Shown here piece after piece: positions 20,437 to 30,135 of a stretch of DNA of 48,338 bases. The DNA comes from Crocinitomicaceae bacterium (GTDB taxonomy: Bacteria > Bacteroidota > Bacteroidia > Flavobacteriales_D > Crocinitomicaceae). The position numbers were made by a program, and so were the translations under genes. The stretch covers positions 1 to 48,338 of the forward strand of contig JBIIZO010000001.1 in the NCBI GenBank assembly GCA_044346245.1, in the 5' to 3' direction. The notes under the pieces were generated by a model. It made no database searches and was not told the origin of the DNA. It was given only the letters and a program-made list of their open reading frames with translations. Every line of letters starts with the position of its first letter. Position 1 is the first letter of the stretch.

Positions 20437-21524
20437 TTTTCTTTGATCAAGATTTCTACCCTTCTATTCGCTTCCTTTTCTTCTTCGTCTTTGGGCTTCT
20501 TATAAACAGGTTTAGAAGAACCGAAACCAATTGGAAACAAGCGCTTGGCCGCTATACCGTTTTGAACTAGATATTTTTTAACCATTTCAGCACGTTGTTT
20601 GGATAGTTTTTGTGCTTTTTTAGCACTTTTCTCATCAAAATTGACATGCCCGTGAATTTCAATATTGATTTGTGGATTCAGTAAAAGTAAGTCGCGTAAT
20701 CGATTGAGTTGCGGGTAAGATTCTTCCATTATTTCTGGTAAACCCGCACTGAAATAAACCCGTTCGAGTTTGGTAAGCTCACCTGTTTTGAATCCGTTTA
20801 AGTAAATGGTATCTATATAAGTTGTACCAAGCGGTATGCGGTGTTCTTTGTATTCTACGGGAAAATAACCAGGGGCTTCAACTTTTAAAAAGCCTTTTTT
20901 CAAAGGTTGTTTGAGATTGATATTCAATTGCGAGGCAAAATAAGAGCCGGTTATTTCGGGAGCACCTTGTAAACTAATTCTGCCCGTAACAGGGGCGCCT
21001 GTTTGCCCGTCGCGTAAAAATAAGGTGTAAATAGGCAGTGTATCTTTGGAGATGAAATTCAAAATTTGTTCGTCTTCATTAGGGCGTGTACCTACAAATG
21101 CGCTTTTAAATAAAACAGCATCTTTTAAACGGGCTGCTGTTTCTATACAGATCGTGGCGTATTGATTTTTTTCTAGTTCAATATCTTTCAATAAATACTG
21201 TCCTCTAATGTTGAATGAAATACTATCCGCTCGTGATTTTTGTTGGGACGTAAAATCAGACAACGCTTCATTACTTATGTAGACCATACCCTTAGAAATA
21301 GTCAAAGAGGCACTGATACTTGAGATGTCTAATTGAAATTTTCCTGATTTTGGCGCAATAAAAACCAACCATATTTGATTTTGCTTTTTATCTCCCAAAA
21401 AGGAAAGTGTAAACGAACCTTCTATCGGTGCAAAAACAGCCCCAGCACAATTGTTGTAGGAGGAGCGCTGTGCAAACAACACATTAAGCGCTGCGGTGAA
21501 AAGAAGAAATAGAAAAATTTTCAC
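20433..21524 (-). CDS. OmpA-family outer-membrane/peptidoglycan-associated protein
   Basis: Signal peptide with a GTG start (MKIFLFLLFTAALNVLFAQ). The C-terminal OmpA domain reads RAEMVKKYLVQNGIAAKRLFPIGFGSSKPVY...NRRVEILI. Confidence 0.8.
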   Translation of the reverse strand: MKIFLFLLFTAALNVLFAQRSSYNNCAGAVFAPIEGSFTLSFLGDKKQNQIWLVFIAPKSGKFQLDISSISASLTISKGMVYISNEALSDFTSQQKSRADSISFNIRGQYLLKDIELEKNQYATICIETAARLKDAVLFKSAFVGTRPNEDEQILNFISKDTLPIYTLFLRDGQTGAPVTGRISLQGAPEITGSYFASQLNINLKQPLKKGFLKVEAPGYFPVEYKEHRIPLGTTYIDTIYLNGFKTGELTKLERVYFSAGLPEIMEESYPQLNRLRDLLLLNPQINIEIHGHVNFDEKSAKKAQKLSKQRAEMVKKYLVQNGIAAKRLFPIGFGSSKPVYKKPKDEEEKEANRRVEILIKEN

Positions 21525-21540
21525 AAAACCCTTATACGGC

Positions 21541-22941
21541 TTATTCTATTTTAAGTTTCATAGGTCCCGTCAGTTGTAGGTCTATGCTAAGGTGGTTTGC
21601 TGATAGCAATAAATTACTTATTGTGAGTGAGTTGATTTTACCCGACATCCAAACGCCTTTTGATATTTCGCTATTGATTTGTGCTTCAATAGCCGTTTTC
21701 GTTTCGTCAATAATAGGGTTGAGGTCGAGCTCAAATGTAGCAGTCATGAGCGTTTTGATGCGTTCGTCTAAAATCCAGCGGGCAGAGTGCAGGAGCACAC
21801 TTTTGGTTTCAATACTGTAGTCAACTTCTTTGATTTTAAGGTGTTGCTGCTCATCGATATAAGGTGAAACTATTAAATATAGCCGTCCTTTTTTGGTGCC
21901 TGAAAAATCAACTGCTAGCAGTAAGCGCTCTTGTTGCGGTCCTAAAACCTGCACTTTATCTATTTGGATACTTCGTTTTGAGCTGATTTCAATTTTTTGT
22001 GTGCCAAGTTCTTGAGCAATGAGCCGGTTGATGGAGTCGTAAGACGCAATGGTTCTGAGATTCAGTATAGAGTTCGCGTTCGACCCACTATTTTTAGCGT
22101 TGTTGGGCAGGGGTGCTGCCGGCAAGGTGAGCACATTTGTAGAAAAAACAGGCTGGGCTTGTAATTGGGTCATAAAGAAAGCGCGCTTTCCTTCATTTTC
22201 TAGTCGTAAATCTGTGATACCAATAGCATTTGGCCGCAAATAAAAATAACCATAGGGGGCAACAAGAATAGGATCTTGAAGGCTTTTCCAAACCGTTACA
22301 AGTGTGGGCCTGATTGGAGCGCTTTCAAGTTGTTTGTCTATCTCCTTCTCTAGGTTCACTAAAGCTCCGCGCACTTCCTTCTCGATGGTTTCTGTGGCGT
22401 TGTATTGAAAAACCGTGATTTTACAAGGGTCTATGAGTTTAAATTTTTCAAGTTTTGTTTGGGATTGCAGCCTGAAATCTTCGTTGATTGAAACCTGACT
22501 CACATAACTGATGATTACTTTGCGTTTTGGTTCTCCAATGCCACAAGAGGCAGAAATGCGTGGGGTAATACACGTTGGCTCATCAAACAATTCATGACAG
22601 CCAGGGCAGTAAGATAAATTCAAATCAAAACTACCGTCAATATGGTATTTAATTTGGTTTTCCTTGAATTCAAAATCTAGTGGTTCTCGGTAAAAATGAT
22701 ACTGATAACTTACACCGGCACAAGGTTTTTCTTCACCACTAAATTTAGAGTCAAGTGATTTTTCAGCCTCAACCAAGTAAGGTTTAAGGGCTATTTCTGT
22801 TGCCAGGTTTATGGTAGAAGGTTTAATGTTGGAGAGCTCACTATTTAACGCGTATTCATCAATAAGAGGTGCGTCAATTTTGATTTCTCGACAAGAAACA
22901 AGTAAAACAAGCGTGAAAAGTAGGGTTATACGTGCGATCAT
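21541..22941 (-). CDS. Lipoprotein, DUF4403-like
   Basis: Lipobox LLVSC near the N-terminus. 466 aa. The start overlaps the upstream stop (ATGA). The family call is from memory and tentative. Confidence 0.6.
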   Translation of the reverse strand: MIARITLLFTLVLLVSCREIKIDAPLIDEYALNSELSNIKPSTINLATEIALKPYLVEAEKSLDSKFSGEEKPCAGVSYQYHFYREPLDFEFKENQIKYHIDGSFDLNLSYCPGCHELFDEPTCITPRISASCGIGEPKRKVIISYVSQVSINEDFRLQSQTKLEKFKLIDPCKITVFQYNATETIEKEVRGALVNLEKEIDKQLESAPIRPTLVTVWKSLQDPILVAPYGYFYLRPNAIGITDLRLENEGKRAFFMTQLQAQPVFSTNVLTLPAAPLPNNAKNSGSNANSILNLRTIASYDSINRLIAQELGTQKIEISSKRSIQIDKVQVLGPQQERLLLAVDFSGTKKGRLYLIVSPYIDEQQHLKIKEVDYSIETKSVLLHSARWILDERIKTLMTATFELDLNPIIDETKTAIEAQINSEISKGVWMSGKINSLTISNLLLSANHLSIDLQLTGPMKLKIE

Positions 22942-23477
22942 TTTTTAGGAAGGAGCAAGACGCGCTGTAAAAAATTGACTTGCATGGTTGCTACAGAACC
23001 ATCTGCTTCTTCAATGTAAGGGCTTGTATAGCTTGGTTTGAGCTTACCGCCAGAAATTTGAAAAACCAAACCCTCATTTTGATGACAAAGAGTTGAATTG
23101 AAGAACAGATCACTAAGTGTATAGTGATCAAACAAACAATCCCCCATTAGGGTCATTTCGATAAGCAAGCTATCACCTTCGTCCATCCAAAGTTTGTTGG
23201 TTTGCTCTTCATAGAATACTTTGTAAGCTTTGGTGCTCATCAACTCATTGTTTTTGAGATTGATAAAAGACATATTGTATGTCCAATAATTTGGTCTGTC
23301 CATGACTTGTAAGTCAAAGTTGACCCCAATCTTTTGTTGTAAACCATTGTTATTATAGATTTCCATTACACCCTCATAGGAGCCCAGCCAATCATCAGGA
23401 ATACCATTGTTAGGAGAGGTTGGAAGTTGACTCCAAACAAAAGAACTCAAAAAAGAAAAAACGAAAAGTAGACGCAT
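22938..23477 (-). CDS. Secreted hypothetical protein
   Basis: Signal peptide MRLLFVFSFLSSFVWSQ. 179 aa. No recognisable motif. Confidence 0.6.
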   Translation of the reverse strand: MRLLFVFSFLSSFVWSQLPTSPNNGIPDDWLGSYEGVMEIYNNNGLQQKIGVNFDLQVMDRPNYWTYNMSFINLKNNELMSTKAYKVFYEEQTNKLWMDEGDSLLIEMTLMGDCLFDHYTLSDLFFNSTLCHQNEGLVFQISGGKLKPSYTSPYIEEADGSVATMQVNFLQRVLLLPKK

Positions 23478-23499
23478 AAAAAAAGGGGCTAAAGCCCCT
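23478..23499 (-). terminator. Hairpin plus U-tract after icd
   Basis: On the minus strand: GGGGCTTTAGCCCC followed by TTTTTTT. The T-run ends exactly at the ATG (23477) of the next gene. Confidence 0.6.
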
Positions 23500-23504
23500 C
23501 TAAA

Positions 23505-24734
23505 TTAATTCATTTTTGCTTTCAGACCTTGGTCGAGTGCATCTAAAAACTCTTCGGTATAGACAAAATGCTCGCCGTGGCTCACTTTGTTACCGTGAAT
23601 ACACACCGCTAAGTCTTTGGTCATGATGCCGCTTTCTACGGTTTCAATACAAACTTTTTCTAGTGTGTCACAGAAGTCGATCAATTCTTGGTTGTTGTCG
23701 AGTTTTCCTCTGAAAGCCAAACCGCGCGTCCAAGCGAAGATAGAAGCAATAGGGTTGGTGGAGGTCTTCTTGCCTGCTTGGTGGTCGCGGTAGTGACGTG
23801 TTACGGTGCCGTGAGCGGCTTCGGACTCCATGATTTTTCCGTCTGGTGTGATCAAAACGGAAGTCATGAGACCTAATGAACCAAAACCTTGCGCAACGGT
23901 GTCTGATTGTACATCGCCGTCGTAGTTTTTACAAGCCCAAACAAAATTACCGTTCCACTTCAATGCAGAAGCGACCATATCGTCGATAAGGCGGTGTTCG
24001 TAAACGATGCCTGCGGCTTCAAACTGTGTCTTGAATTCTTGTTGGTAGATTTCTTCGAAAATATCTTTGAAACGACCATCGTATTTTTTAAGGATGGTGT
24101 TTTTGGTAGAAAGATAAAGTGGCCATTTTTTAGTCAAGGCCATATTGAAACAGCTTCTTGCAAAACCAGAAATAGATTCGTCGGTGTTGTACATCGCCAT
24201 TCCAACGCCATCTCCTTTGAAATTGTATACTTCAAAAGTTTGGGTTTCGCCACCATCTTCTGGTGTGAAGGTCATGGTGAGCTTCCCTTTTCCTTTGAAA
24301 ACAGCATCGGTAGCGCGGTATTGATCGCCGAAGGCATGACGACCCACAATAATTGGGGCGGTCCAGTTGGTGACCAAACGCGGAACGTTTTGCATCACGA
24401 TAGGCTCGCGAAAAACGGTGCCGTCGAGGATGTTGCGGATGGTTCCGTTAGGAGATTTCCACATGGATTTCAAATGAAATTCTTGAACGCGGGCTTCATC
24501 AGGTGTAATGGTAGCACATTTGATACCGACTTGATATTTTTTGATGGCCTCAGCAGCATCTATCGTAATTTGGTCGTTGGTTTCATCGCGTTTTTCGATA
24601 CCGAGATCGTAGTATTTGATATCTAGATCGAGGTAAGGTAAAATGAGTTTGTCTTTGATGAATTTCCAGATGATACGGGTCATTTCATCTCCGTCGAGCT
24701 CTACGACTGGATTGGCTACTTTAATTTTTGACAT
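23505..24734 (-). CDS. icd: NADP-dependent isocitrate dehydrogenase (eukaryote-like dimeric type)
   Basis: 409 aa. [23 protein letters not shown]...IICKNIPRLV-type blocks. Confidence 0.9.
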   Translation of the reverse strand: MSKIKVANPVVELDGDEMTRIIWKFIKDKLILPYLDLDIKYYDLGIEKRDETNDQITIDAAEAIKKYQVGIKCATITPDEARVQEFHLKSMWKSPNGTIRNILDGTVFREPIVMQNVPRLVTNWTAPIIVGRHAFGDQYRATDAVFKGKGKLTMTFTPEDGGETQTFEVYNFKGDGVGMAMYNTDESISGFARSCFNMALTKKWPLYLSTKNTILKKYDGRFKDIFEEIYQQEFKTQFEAAGIVYEHRLIDDMVASALKWNGNFVWACKNYDGDVQSDTVAQGFGSLGLMTSVLITPDGKIMESEAAHGTVTRHYRDHQAGKKTSTNPIASIFAWTRGLAFRGKLDNNQELIDFCDTLEKVCIETVESGIMTKDLAVCIHGNKVSHGEHFVYTEEFLDALDQGLKAKMN

Positions 24735-24809
24735 TGAAATTTTTTATGTACAAAATTAATCAATAATATGTTTCTGACCGTTGCTAATTTGCTCTAGACA
24801 AAAGCTGAA

Positions 24810-26207
24810 TTAGTCCAAAGAACCAATCATTTTAGATGGGTCTACGATTTGATCGTATTCTTCAGCACTTACGTGTCCTAAGCCTACGGCTGCTTCCTTA
24901 AGTGTGGTGCCGTTTTTATGTGCGTATTTCGCAATCTCAGCAGCTTTGTAGTAACCGATTTTGGTATTGAGCGCCGTTACGAGCATCAGGGAGTTGTCTA
25001 AGTGTTGCTTAACGACTGGCAAATTGGCTTGGATACCCACTGCGCAATTATCGGCAAAAGATACACAAGCATCCCCAATGAGGCGAGCAGATTGCAACAC
25101 ATTTGCCGCAATAACTGGCTTGAATACATTGAGTTCAAAATGACCATTGGATCCTGCAATGCTGACCGTCACGTCATTGCCCATCACTTGTGCACAAACC
25201 ATGGTTAAGGCTTCGGGCTGTGTAGGGTTGACTTTTCCCGGCATGATTGAAGAACCCGGTTCGTTGTCTGGAATGATAATTTCTCCGATACCACAGCGCG
25301 GCCCAGAAGACAACATGCGGATGTCATTGGCAATTTTCATGAGTGAAACCGCACTGCGCTTGAGCGCTCCTGAAAGTTCTACCATGGCGTCATGGGCAGC
25401 AAGTGCTTCAAATTTATTGGCCGCGGTAATAAATGGCAAGCCCGTGAATTCAGCAATTTTTTGAGCGACCAACACATCGTATCCTTTTGGCGTGTTGAGG
25501 CCTGTACCAACGGCTGTTCCGCCCAAAGCAAGTTCTGAAACAGCAACTAATGCATTGTTGATGGCTCGCATGGAGTAATCAAGTTGTGCAACATAACCAC
25601 TGAATTCTTGACCCAATGTAAGCGGTGTGGCATCCATAAAGTGGGTGCGCCCAGTTTTGACGATATCTTTGAATTCGACTACTTTTTTTTGCAACACAGC
25701 GCGCAAATGTTGCAAGCCCGGCAAAGTAACTTCAACTGCCATTTTGTAGGCAGCGATGTGCATGGCAGTCGGGTAGGTATCGTTGGAAGACTGCGATTTA
25801 TTGACGTCGTCGTTGGGATTCAGCACTTTTTGTTCGTCGAGCAACTGTCCGCCATTAACGACATGCCCGCGGTTGGCAATGACTTCGTTGCAGTTCATGT
25901 TGGATTGTGTGCCCGAGCCGGTTTGCCAAATCACTAATGGGAATTCGTCGTTGTGTTGGCCGGTCAGGATCTCGTCACATACTTTAGAGATGAGGTCTCT
26001 TTTTTCTTGTGGCAAAACACCCAGTTGGTGGTTGGCATGCGCCGCAGCCTTTTTGAGATAGGCAAAAGCGTGGATCACTTCAATTGGCATCGAGCCCTCT
26101 GGGCCAATTTTAAAGTTGTTGCGCGAACGTTCTGTTTGAGCGCCCCAATAGCGGTGAGCAGGTACTTTTACCTCTCCCATGGTGTCTTTTTCGATGCGAA
26201 ATTCCAT
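24810..26207 (-). CDS. fumC: Class II fumarate hydratase
   Basis: Signature [11 protein letters not shown]. 465 aa. Confidence 0.95.
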   Translation of the reverse strand: MEFRIEKDTMGEVKVPAHRYWGAQTERSRNNFKIGPEGSMPIEVIHAFAYLKKAAAHANHQLGVLPQEKRDLISKVCDEILTGQHNDEFPLVIWQTGSGTQSNMNCNEVIANRGHVVNGGQLLDEQKVLNPNDDVNKSQSSNDTYPTAMHIAAYKMAVEVTLPGLQHLRAVLQKKVVEFKDIVKTGRTHFMDATPLTLGQEFSGYVAQLDYSMRAINNALVAVSELALGGTAVGTGLNTPKGYDVLVAQKIAEFTGLPFITAANKFEALAAHDAMVELSGALKRSAVSLMKIANDIRMLSSGPRCGIGEIIIPDNEPGSSIMPGKVNPTQPEALTMVCAQVMGNDVTVSIAGSNGHFELNVFKPVIAANVLQSARLIGDACVSFADNCAVGIQANLPVVKQHLDNSLMLVTALNTKIGYYKAAEIAKYAHKNGTTLKEAAVGLGHVSAEEYDQIVDPSKMIGSLD

Positions 26208-26273
26208 TTTTTGGTGTTTATGAATTTATTTGTGTAATTTTGGACAAGTTTTCAACTGCAAAAATAATAGAAG

Positions 26274-26429
26274 ATGAGCACTTTCGGTATTGTAATGTTT
26301 CTTTTAATTGGCGGGATGGCCTTTTGGATGTTATTCTTTTTATTAGGATTTATCCTTCCTTATTGGCTTACGCTTGGTTTGTTCGAGCAACTGCGTCCAA
26401 AACGCATCTTTGACGAAGAGTCCAAATAA
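26274..26429 (+). CDS. Small (51 aa) two-helix membrane protein, below the ORF-track cutoff
   Basis: ATG 26274, translating to MSTFGIVMFLLIGGMAFWMLFFLLGFILPYWLTLGLFEQLRPKRIFDEESK, with a stop at 26427-26429. A strong terminator follows 20 nt downstream. Confidence 0.45.
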   Translation: MSTFGIVMFLLIGGMAFWMLFFLLGFILPYWLTLGLFEQLRPKRIFDEESK

Positions 26430-26449
26430 AGAAACCACCCTTTTTTCCG

Positions 26450-26473
26450 AAAGCGCCATATGGCGCTTTTTTT
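26450..26473. terminator. Bidirectional terminator (perfect palindrome AAAGCGCCATATGGCGCTTT plus T-run)
   Basis: Read directly. It sits between the convergent small ORF (+) and the bestrophin gene (-). Confidence 0.7.
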
Positions 26474-27338
26474 ATGCCCCAAAGATTTGCGCACAATTTT
26501 CTTGTATAGTCAGGCAAATTTGGTCAGTTGGCAAGTCGTTTTCATCGCCGCCAAAAGGATCTTCAATTTCTTCAGCGAGTAGTTCCATACTGACCAGCGC
26601 ATAAAAAACAAAAGTCGAAATGAATGCCGATAAATATCCAAACAACGGCACGAAAGCCAAAGGCATCGTCAAGACATAAATAAAGATGAATTTCTTGATA
26701 AACAAGCTATAAGAAAAAGGAATGGGTGTGTTTTTAATCCGCTCACAAACGCCAAGCGAAGCCACCAACGAATCGAGGTCTCGCTGAACAGCCAACCAGC
26801 ATTCAGCGCTCATGGTTTTGTTCGTATATAATTGTTCCATTTCTGTGCGGAGTAATTGTTGAATCCGCAGCGGTTGGTGACCACTTAAGTCTAAGCCGGA
26901 GAGTTTGTTCTGACAAGCGTCATCTTGCTCAACGCGCTTGGACCTCAAATGATTTTTGACACTAAATACATACAAGCTGATCAAATTACTCAAAGTCGCT
27001 TTTTCTGTTTGGCTGAGTTGCAACGCACTCAATTTGGCACTCAAACTTCTGCTGTCATTGACCATTGCTCCCCACGCTTTGCGGCCCTCCCACCAGCGGT
27101 CATAAGCGGTATTGGTTCGGAACACTAGTAAAAGCGAAATCACAAAACCGAGTAGTGAATAGACGGTCGTTAAATTTTTGAGATAAAAGGCCTTCGGAAA
27201 AAAGGTGATTTCAGTGTAGGTGATCAATATGGACAATAAGCTGATGTAAATCAACTCCTTCCACATCATTCGTGCGGTGTCGCTTTTGTGAAAAGAGAAA
27301 ATAAAGGACAGCCAATTTTTAGGGTTGTAATTGATCAT
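26472..27338 (-). CDS. Bestrophin-family (YneE/UPF0187) ion channel
   Basis: FRTNTAYDRWWEGRKAWG block and four hydrophobic segments. 288 aa. Confidence 0.8.
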   Translation of the reverse strand: MINYNPKNWLSFIFSFHKSDTARMMWKELIYISLLSILITYTEITFFPKAFYLKNLTTVYSLLGFVISLLLVFRTNTAYDRWWEGRKAWGAMVNDSRSLSAKLSALQLSQTEKATLSNLISLYVFSVKNHLRSKRVEQDDACQNKLSGLDLSGHQPLRIQQLLRTEMEQLYTNKTMSAECWLAVQRDLDSLVASLGVCERIKNTPIPFSYSLFIKKFIFIYVLTMPLAFVPLFGYLSAFISTFVFYALVSMELLAEEIEDPFGGDENDLPTDQICLTIQENCAQIFGA

Positions 27339-27425
27339 AGGTGTAGCATTGAGAACACAAATGTAAAAATTCTTTAAGCACTTAAATTTTGTTTAATTTC
27401 GAAGTGTCAAACCAAGCAACAAAAG

Positions 27426-28376
27426 ATGGAAATCACACCCGAACTCAAAGAGAAACTCAGTCTATTAAATGAAAAATACGCCGCGCTTGGCGAAGATTTC
27501 AATGCCTATTTAGAAGGCTTGCTGTATGCAGATGTCACCACCTATTGGGATTACATTCAATTAGACACACTCTTGAGTTTGCAAAAACCCAAAACATCTT
27601 TTCCAGATGAGGTGGTTTTTATCATGTACCATCAAATCACAGAATTGTACTTCAAGCTTGCCCTTCGCGAATTTGAGTCCCTTGGCAATATTCAGGCGCC
27701 AACAAAAGCACATTTTATTGACCGCGTTACGCGCATCAACCGTTATTTTGATGCCTTAGTGAAGAGTTTTGAAATCATGATCAACGGCATGGACCGCGAA
27801 GAATTCTTGAAGTTCCGCATGAGTTTACTACCCGCATCAGGGTTTCAGTCTGCGCAATACCGTGAAATCGAAATCTTCAGTACCGATTTCATCAATCTAG
27901 TGGCAAAAGACGAACGCGAGCAACTTAGAGAAGAAACAGATCTTACCCGCTTGTTTGAGCACATCTATTGGAAGGCCGGCGCTACTGAAGTTGCTTCAGG
28001 CAAGAAAACCCTGACCCTGATCCAATTCGAAGAAAAATACCGCGACCAATTTATTGCCTTGGCCAATATTTGCCGAGATAAAAATCTTTGGCAAGTATAT
28101 TTGCGCCTTAGCGAAGCAGACCAAGCCGATGAAAATGTACGGCAAGCCTTACGCCAAAACGATATCAATGTCAATATCAATTGGCCTTTGGCGCATTACA
28201 AATCAGCCGTGCGTTATTTAGCCAGACAAGACAAAGATGTAGCAGCCACCGGCGGAACAAATTGGCAAAAATACCTACCGCCGCGTTTTCAAAAGCGCAT
28301 TTTTTATCCCACTTTATGGTCTGCAGAAGAGCAAGAAAACTGGGGTAAGGCTTGGGTAGAAGAAACCTTCAGTTAA
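27426..28376 (+). CDS. kynA: Tryptophan 2,3-dioxygenase family protein
   Basis: YWDYIQLDTLLSLQKP...DEVVFIMYHQITELYFKL matches the TDO core pattern. Confidence 0.75.
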   Translation: MEITPELKEKLSLLNEKYAALGEDFNAYLEGLLYADVTTYWDYIQLDTLLSLQKPKTSFPDEVVFIMYHQITELYFKLALREFESLGNIQAPTKAHFIDRVTRINRYFDALVKSFEIMINGMDREEFLKFRMSLLPASGFQSAQYREIEIFSTDFINLVAKDEREQLREETDLTRLFEHIYWKAGATEVASGKKTLTLIQFEEKYRDQFIALANICRDKNLWQVYLRLSEADQADENVRQALRQNDINVNINWPLAHYKSAVRYLARQDKDVAATGGTNWQKYLPPRFQKRIFYPTLWSAEEQENWGKAWVEETFS

Positions 28377-28383
28377 GTCGGTT

Positions 28384-30075
28384 TTATTTCAACTCTTTGA
28401 TAAACAACGCCGAAAAGTCGAGCATTCCAGACCCTTCTAATTGTAGGCCCCTCACCCGTAACTGATTGAGGACAATAAAATCTTCCGTGTAAATCGGAAT
28501 GAGGGCTTGTTGGTCTAAGATGGCTTTTTCACAAAGCATTTGCGCGTGCAATCGTTTTGAGTTTGTTCGCTCTCTAATAGATTCTAAATAGAAGTTGTCT
28601 ACATCATGGTTTTGAAACACAACAGGATTTTGCGAACCACTGTAGAAAAGCCGGAGATAAGATTCTGCGCCAGGGTAGTCGCCAACCCATCCACTGCGCC
28701 ACATTTCACCACTATTTTTTGCGGTGTCTTGACGTGGTCTTTGTGCTTCTTTTAATATAATGCGAACGGGAAGTGCTTTTTCTAGTTGCTGTGCCGCTGC
28801 CGCTGCCCATTTGTAGGCCAAAGTGTTTTTAGCGGCGCCCACATAAAAATGAATGGGCGGCAAGGGGCGCTGAGTTTCATAACCCGCTTGGGCAAGTAAT
28901 AATTTGGCTTGCGCTATTTTTTCACGATCGGTTCTGTTGTCAGCAATAACCAAGTTATTATTGTATTGTTTTTGCTTTGGAATGAAATGTCCCCTCAACT
29001 CTTGGCCCTCACCTTTCAAAATGTCATTACAAATTGTTTTTGTATCGATGACTAGTGCAAATGCACGTCGAACAGCCTGCAGATCAAAAGGACTCTTACA
29101 ACTATTGAATTGAATGAAGTGCACCTTTGCTGCATTTTTGATGTACACCTCATGCAGCGGATTTTTGCCCTGCTTGGCATCGTGGAGGGTGCCGAATGCT
29201 TCTCGGAGGTCGTCTATTGGGAGGTCGAAAAGAAGATCGATATTGTTTTTTAAAAATAGTTTTTGTGCTAGTTGTCCGGACGTACCGCAACTCAACTCAA
29301 TGCGGTCTAAGTAGGGTAGTTGGTTGCCGTATTTATCGCGCCGCCAATAAGATGGGTTCCGCTCAAATGAATACGTGTGTTTTATTTTATTTTCTAAAAG
29401 AAAAGGCCCTGTTCCCACTGGGTTTTTTGGAAATAGTTGGCCATAAAATCTAGCTGCTTGTTTACTTAAAACACTCAGGCTAGGACTTGTCAATAAGTCT
29501 AAAAAATGATTGTAGGTTCCTGTCAATTCTATCTTTAAGGAGTATTTATCAAGAATTCGTATGCCTTGAACACTGGCTTTTGTTGGGTCTTGGTGTTTAT
29601 CAAAGAATTTTTTTCCTCCAACGATTAGTTGAGGTAAAATCAGTTCTTGTTGCAAGTTGTCTTGTTGTGAACAGGCTAAGCTTAGGCTAAATGCGACATC
29701 TTCTGCAGTGAGTTCTGCAGAGTGAAAACGAAAGCAAGAATTATCAGTGAAATGTATGTTTTTCTTTATGCGTATAACGACTTGATTTCTTTTGGTGTTC
29801 AGACTGACTTTAGAAGCTAAGCAGTAGCGCCAACCGCGTTTGTTTTGTGCAGGCTTGAGTAAGGGCTCGAAAATGAGTTGTTGAAGTCGTTGTGCTTCGA
29901 GGGTGTTGTTGGCAAGTGGATAAAGACCGAGCTCCTTTTGTTTCGAGCAGATGCTCAAGGTACCGCCATAAACTTTCCCGCCTTTAGCGTCGGTGTTTTT
30001 TGGCGTAGCAAAATAGAAGAACAGCCCGCCAAGAGCAAGAAAAAAAACAAGCCAGATGATATTCTTTTGCTTCAT
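28384..30075 (-). CDS. ABC transporter substrate-binding protein, family 5 (peptide/nickel type); no cognate permease or ATPase nearby
   Basis: Size and the SBP_bac_5-like pattern. The track start at 30087 is a TTG. The first ATG (30075) gives MKQKNIIWLVFFLALGG. Confidence 0.7.
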   Translation of the reverse strand: MKQKNIIWLVFFLALGGLFFYFATPKNTDAKGGKVYGGTLSICSKQKELGLYPLANNTLEAQRLQQLIFEPLLKPAQNKRGWRYCLASKVSLNTKRNQVVIRIKKNIHFTDNSCFRFHSAELTAEDVAFSLSLACSQQDNLQQELILPQLIVGGKKFFDKHQDPTKASVQGIRILDKYSLKIELTGTYNHFLDLLTSPSLSVLSKQAARFYGQLFPKNPVGTGPFLLENKIKHTYSFERNPSYWRRDKYGNQLPYLDRIELSCGTSGQLAQKLFLKNNIDLLFDLPIDDLREAFGTLHDAKQGKNPLHEVYIKNAAKVHFIQFNSCKSPFDLQAVRRAFALVIDTKTICNDILKGEGQELRGHFIPKQKQYNNNLVIADNRTDREKIAQAKLLLAQAGYETQRPLPPIHFYVGAAKNTLAYKWAAAAAQQLEKALPVRIILKEAQRPRQDTAKNSGEMWRSGWVGDYPGAESYLRLFYSGSQNPVVFQNHDVDNFYLESIRERTNSKRLHAQMLCEKAILDQQALIPIYTEDFIVLNQLRVRGLQLEGSGMLDFSALFIKELK

Positions 30076-30107
30076 CGAAAGCAACAAATGTACAGATGTT
30101 GCACCAT

Positions 30108-30133
30108 AAAAAAGGGGGCTTTAGCCCCCTTTT
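30108..30133 (-). terminator. Rho-independent terminator after the T9SS cargo gene
   Basis: GGGGGC-TTTA-GCCCCC hairpin flanked by an A-run and a T-run. Confidence 0.7.
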
Positions 30134-30135
30134 AA

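Noticed and set aside
23907-24626. 239-aa plus-strand ORF antisense to icd. Similar long antisense ORFs are 39123-39920 (265 aa, antisense to paaZ), 41404-41925 (antisense to the RND gene), 25584-25937 and others antisense to fumC, and 10700-11029 (antisense to the desaturase).
   Set aside because: All lie entirely inside well-supported conserved genes on the opposite strand. Their composition is low-complexity and biased, as is typical of shadow frames, and they have no recognisable motifs.
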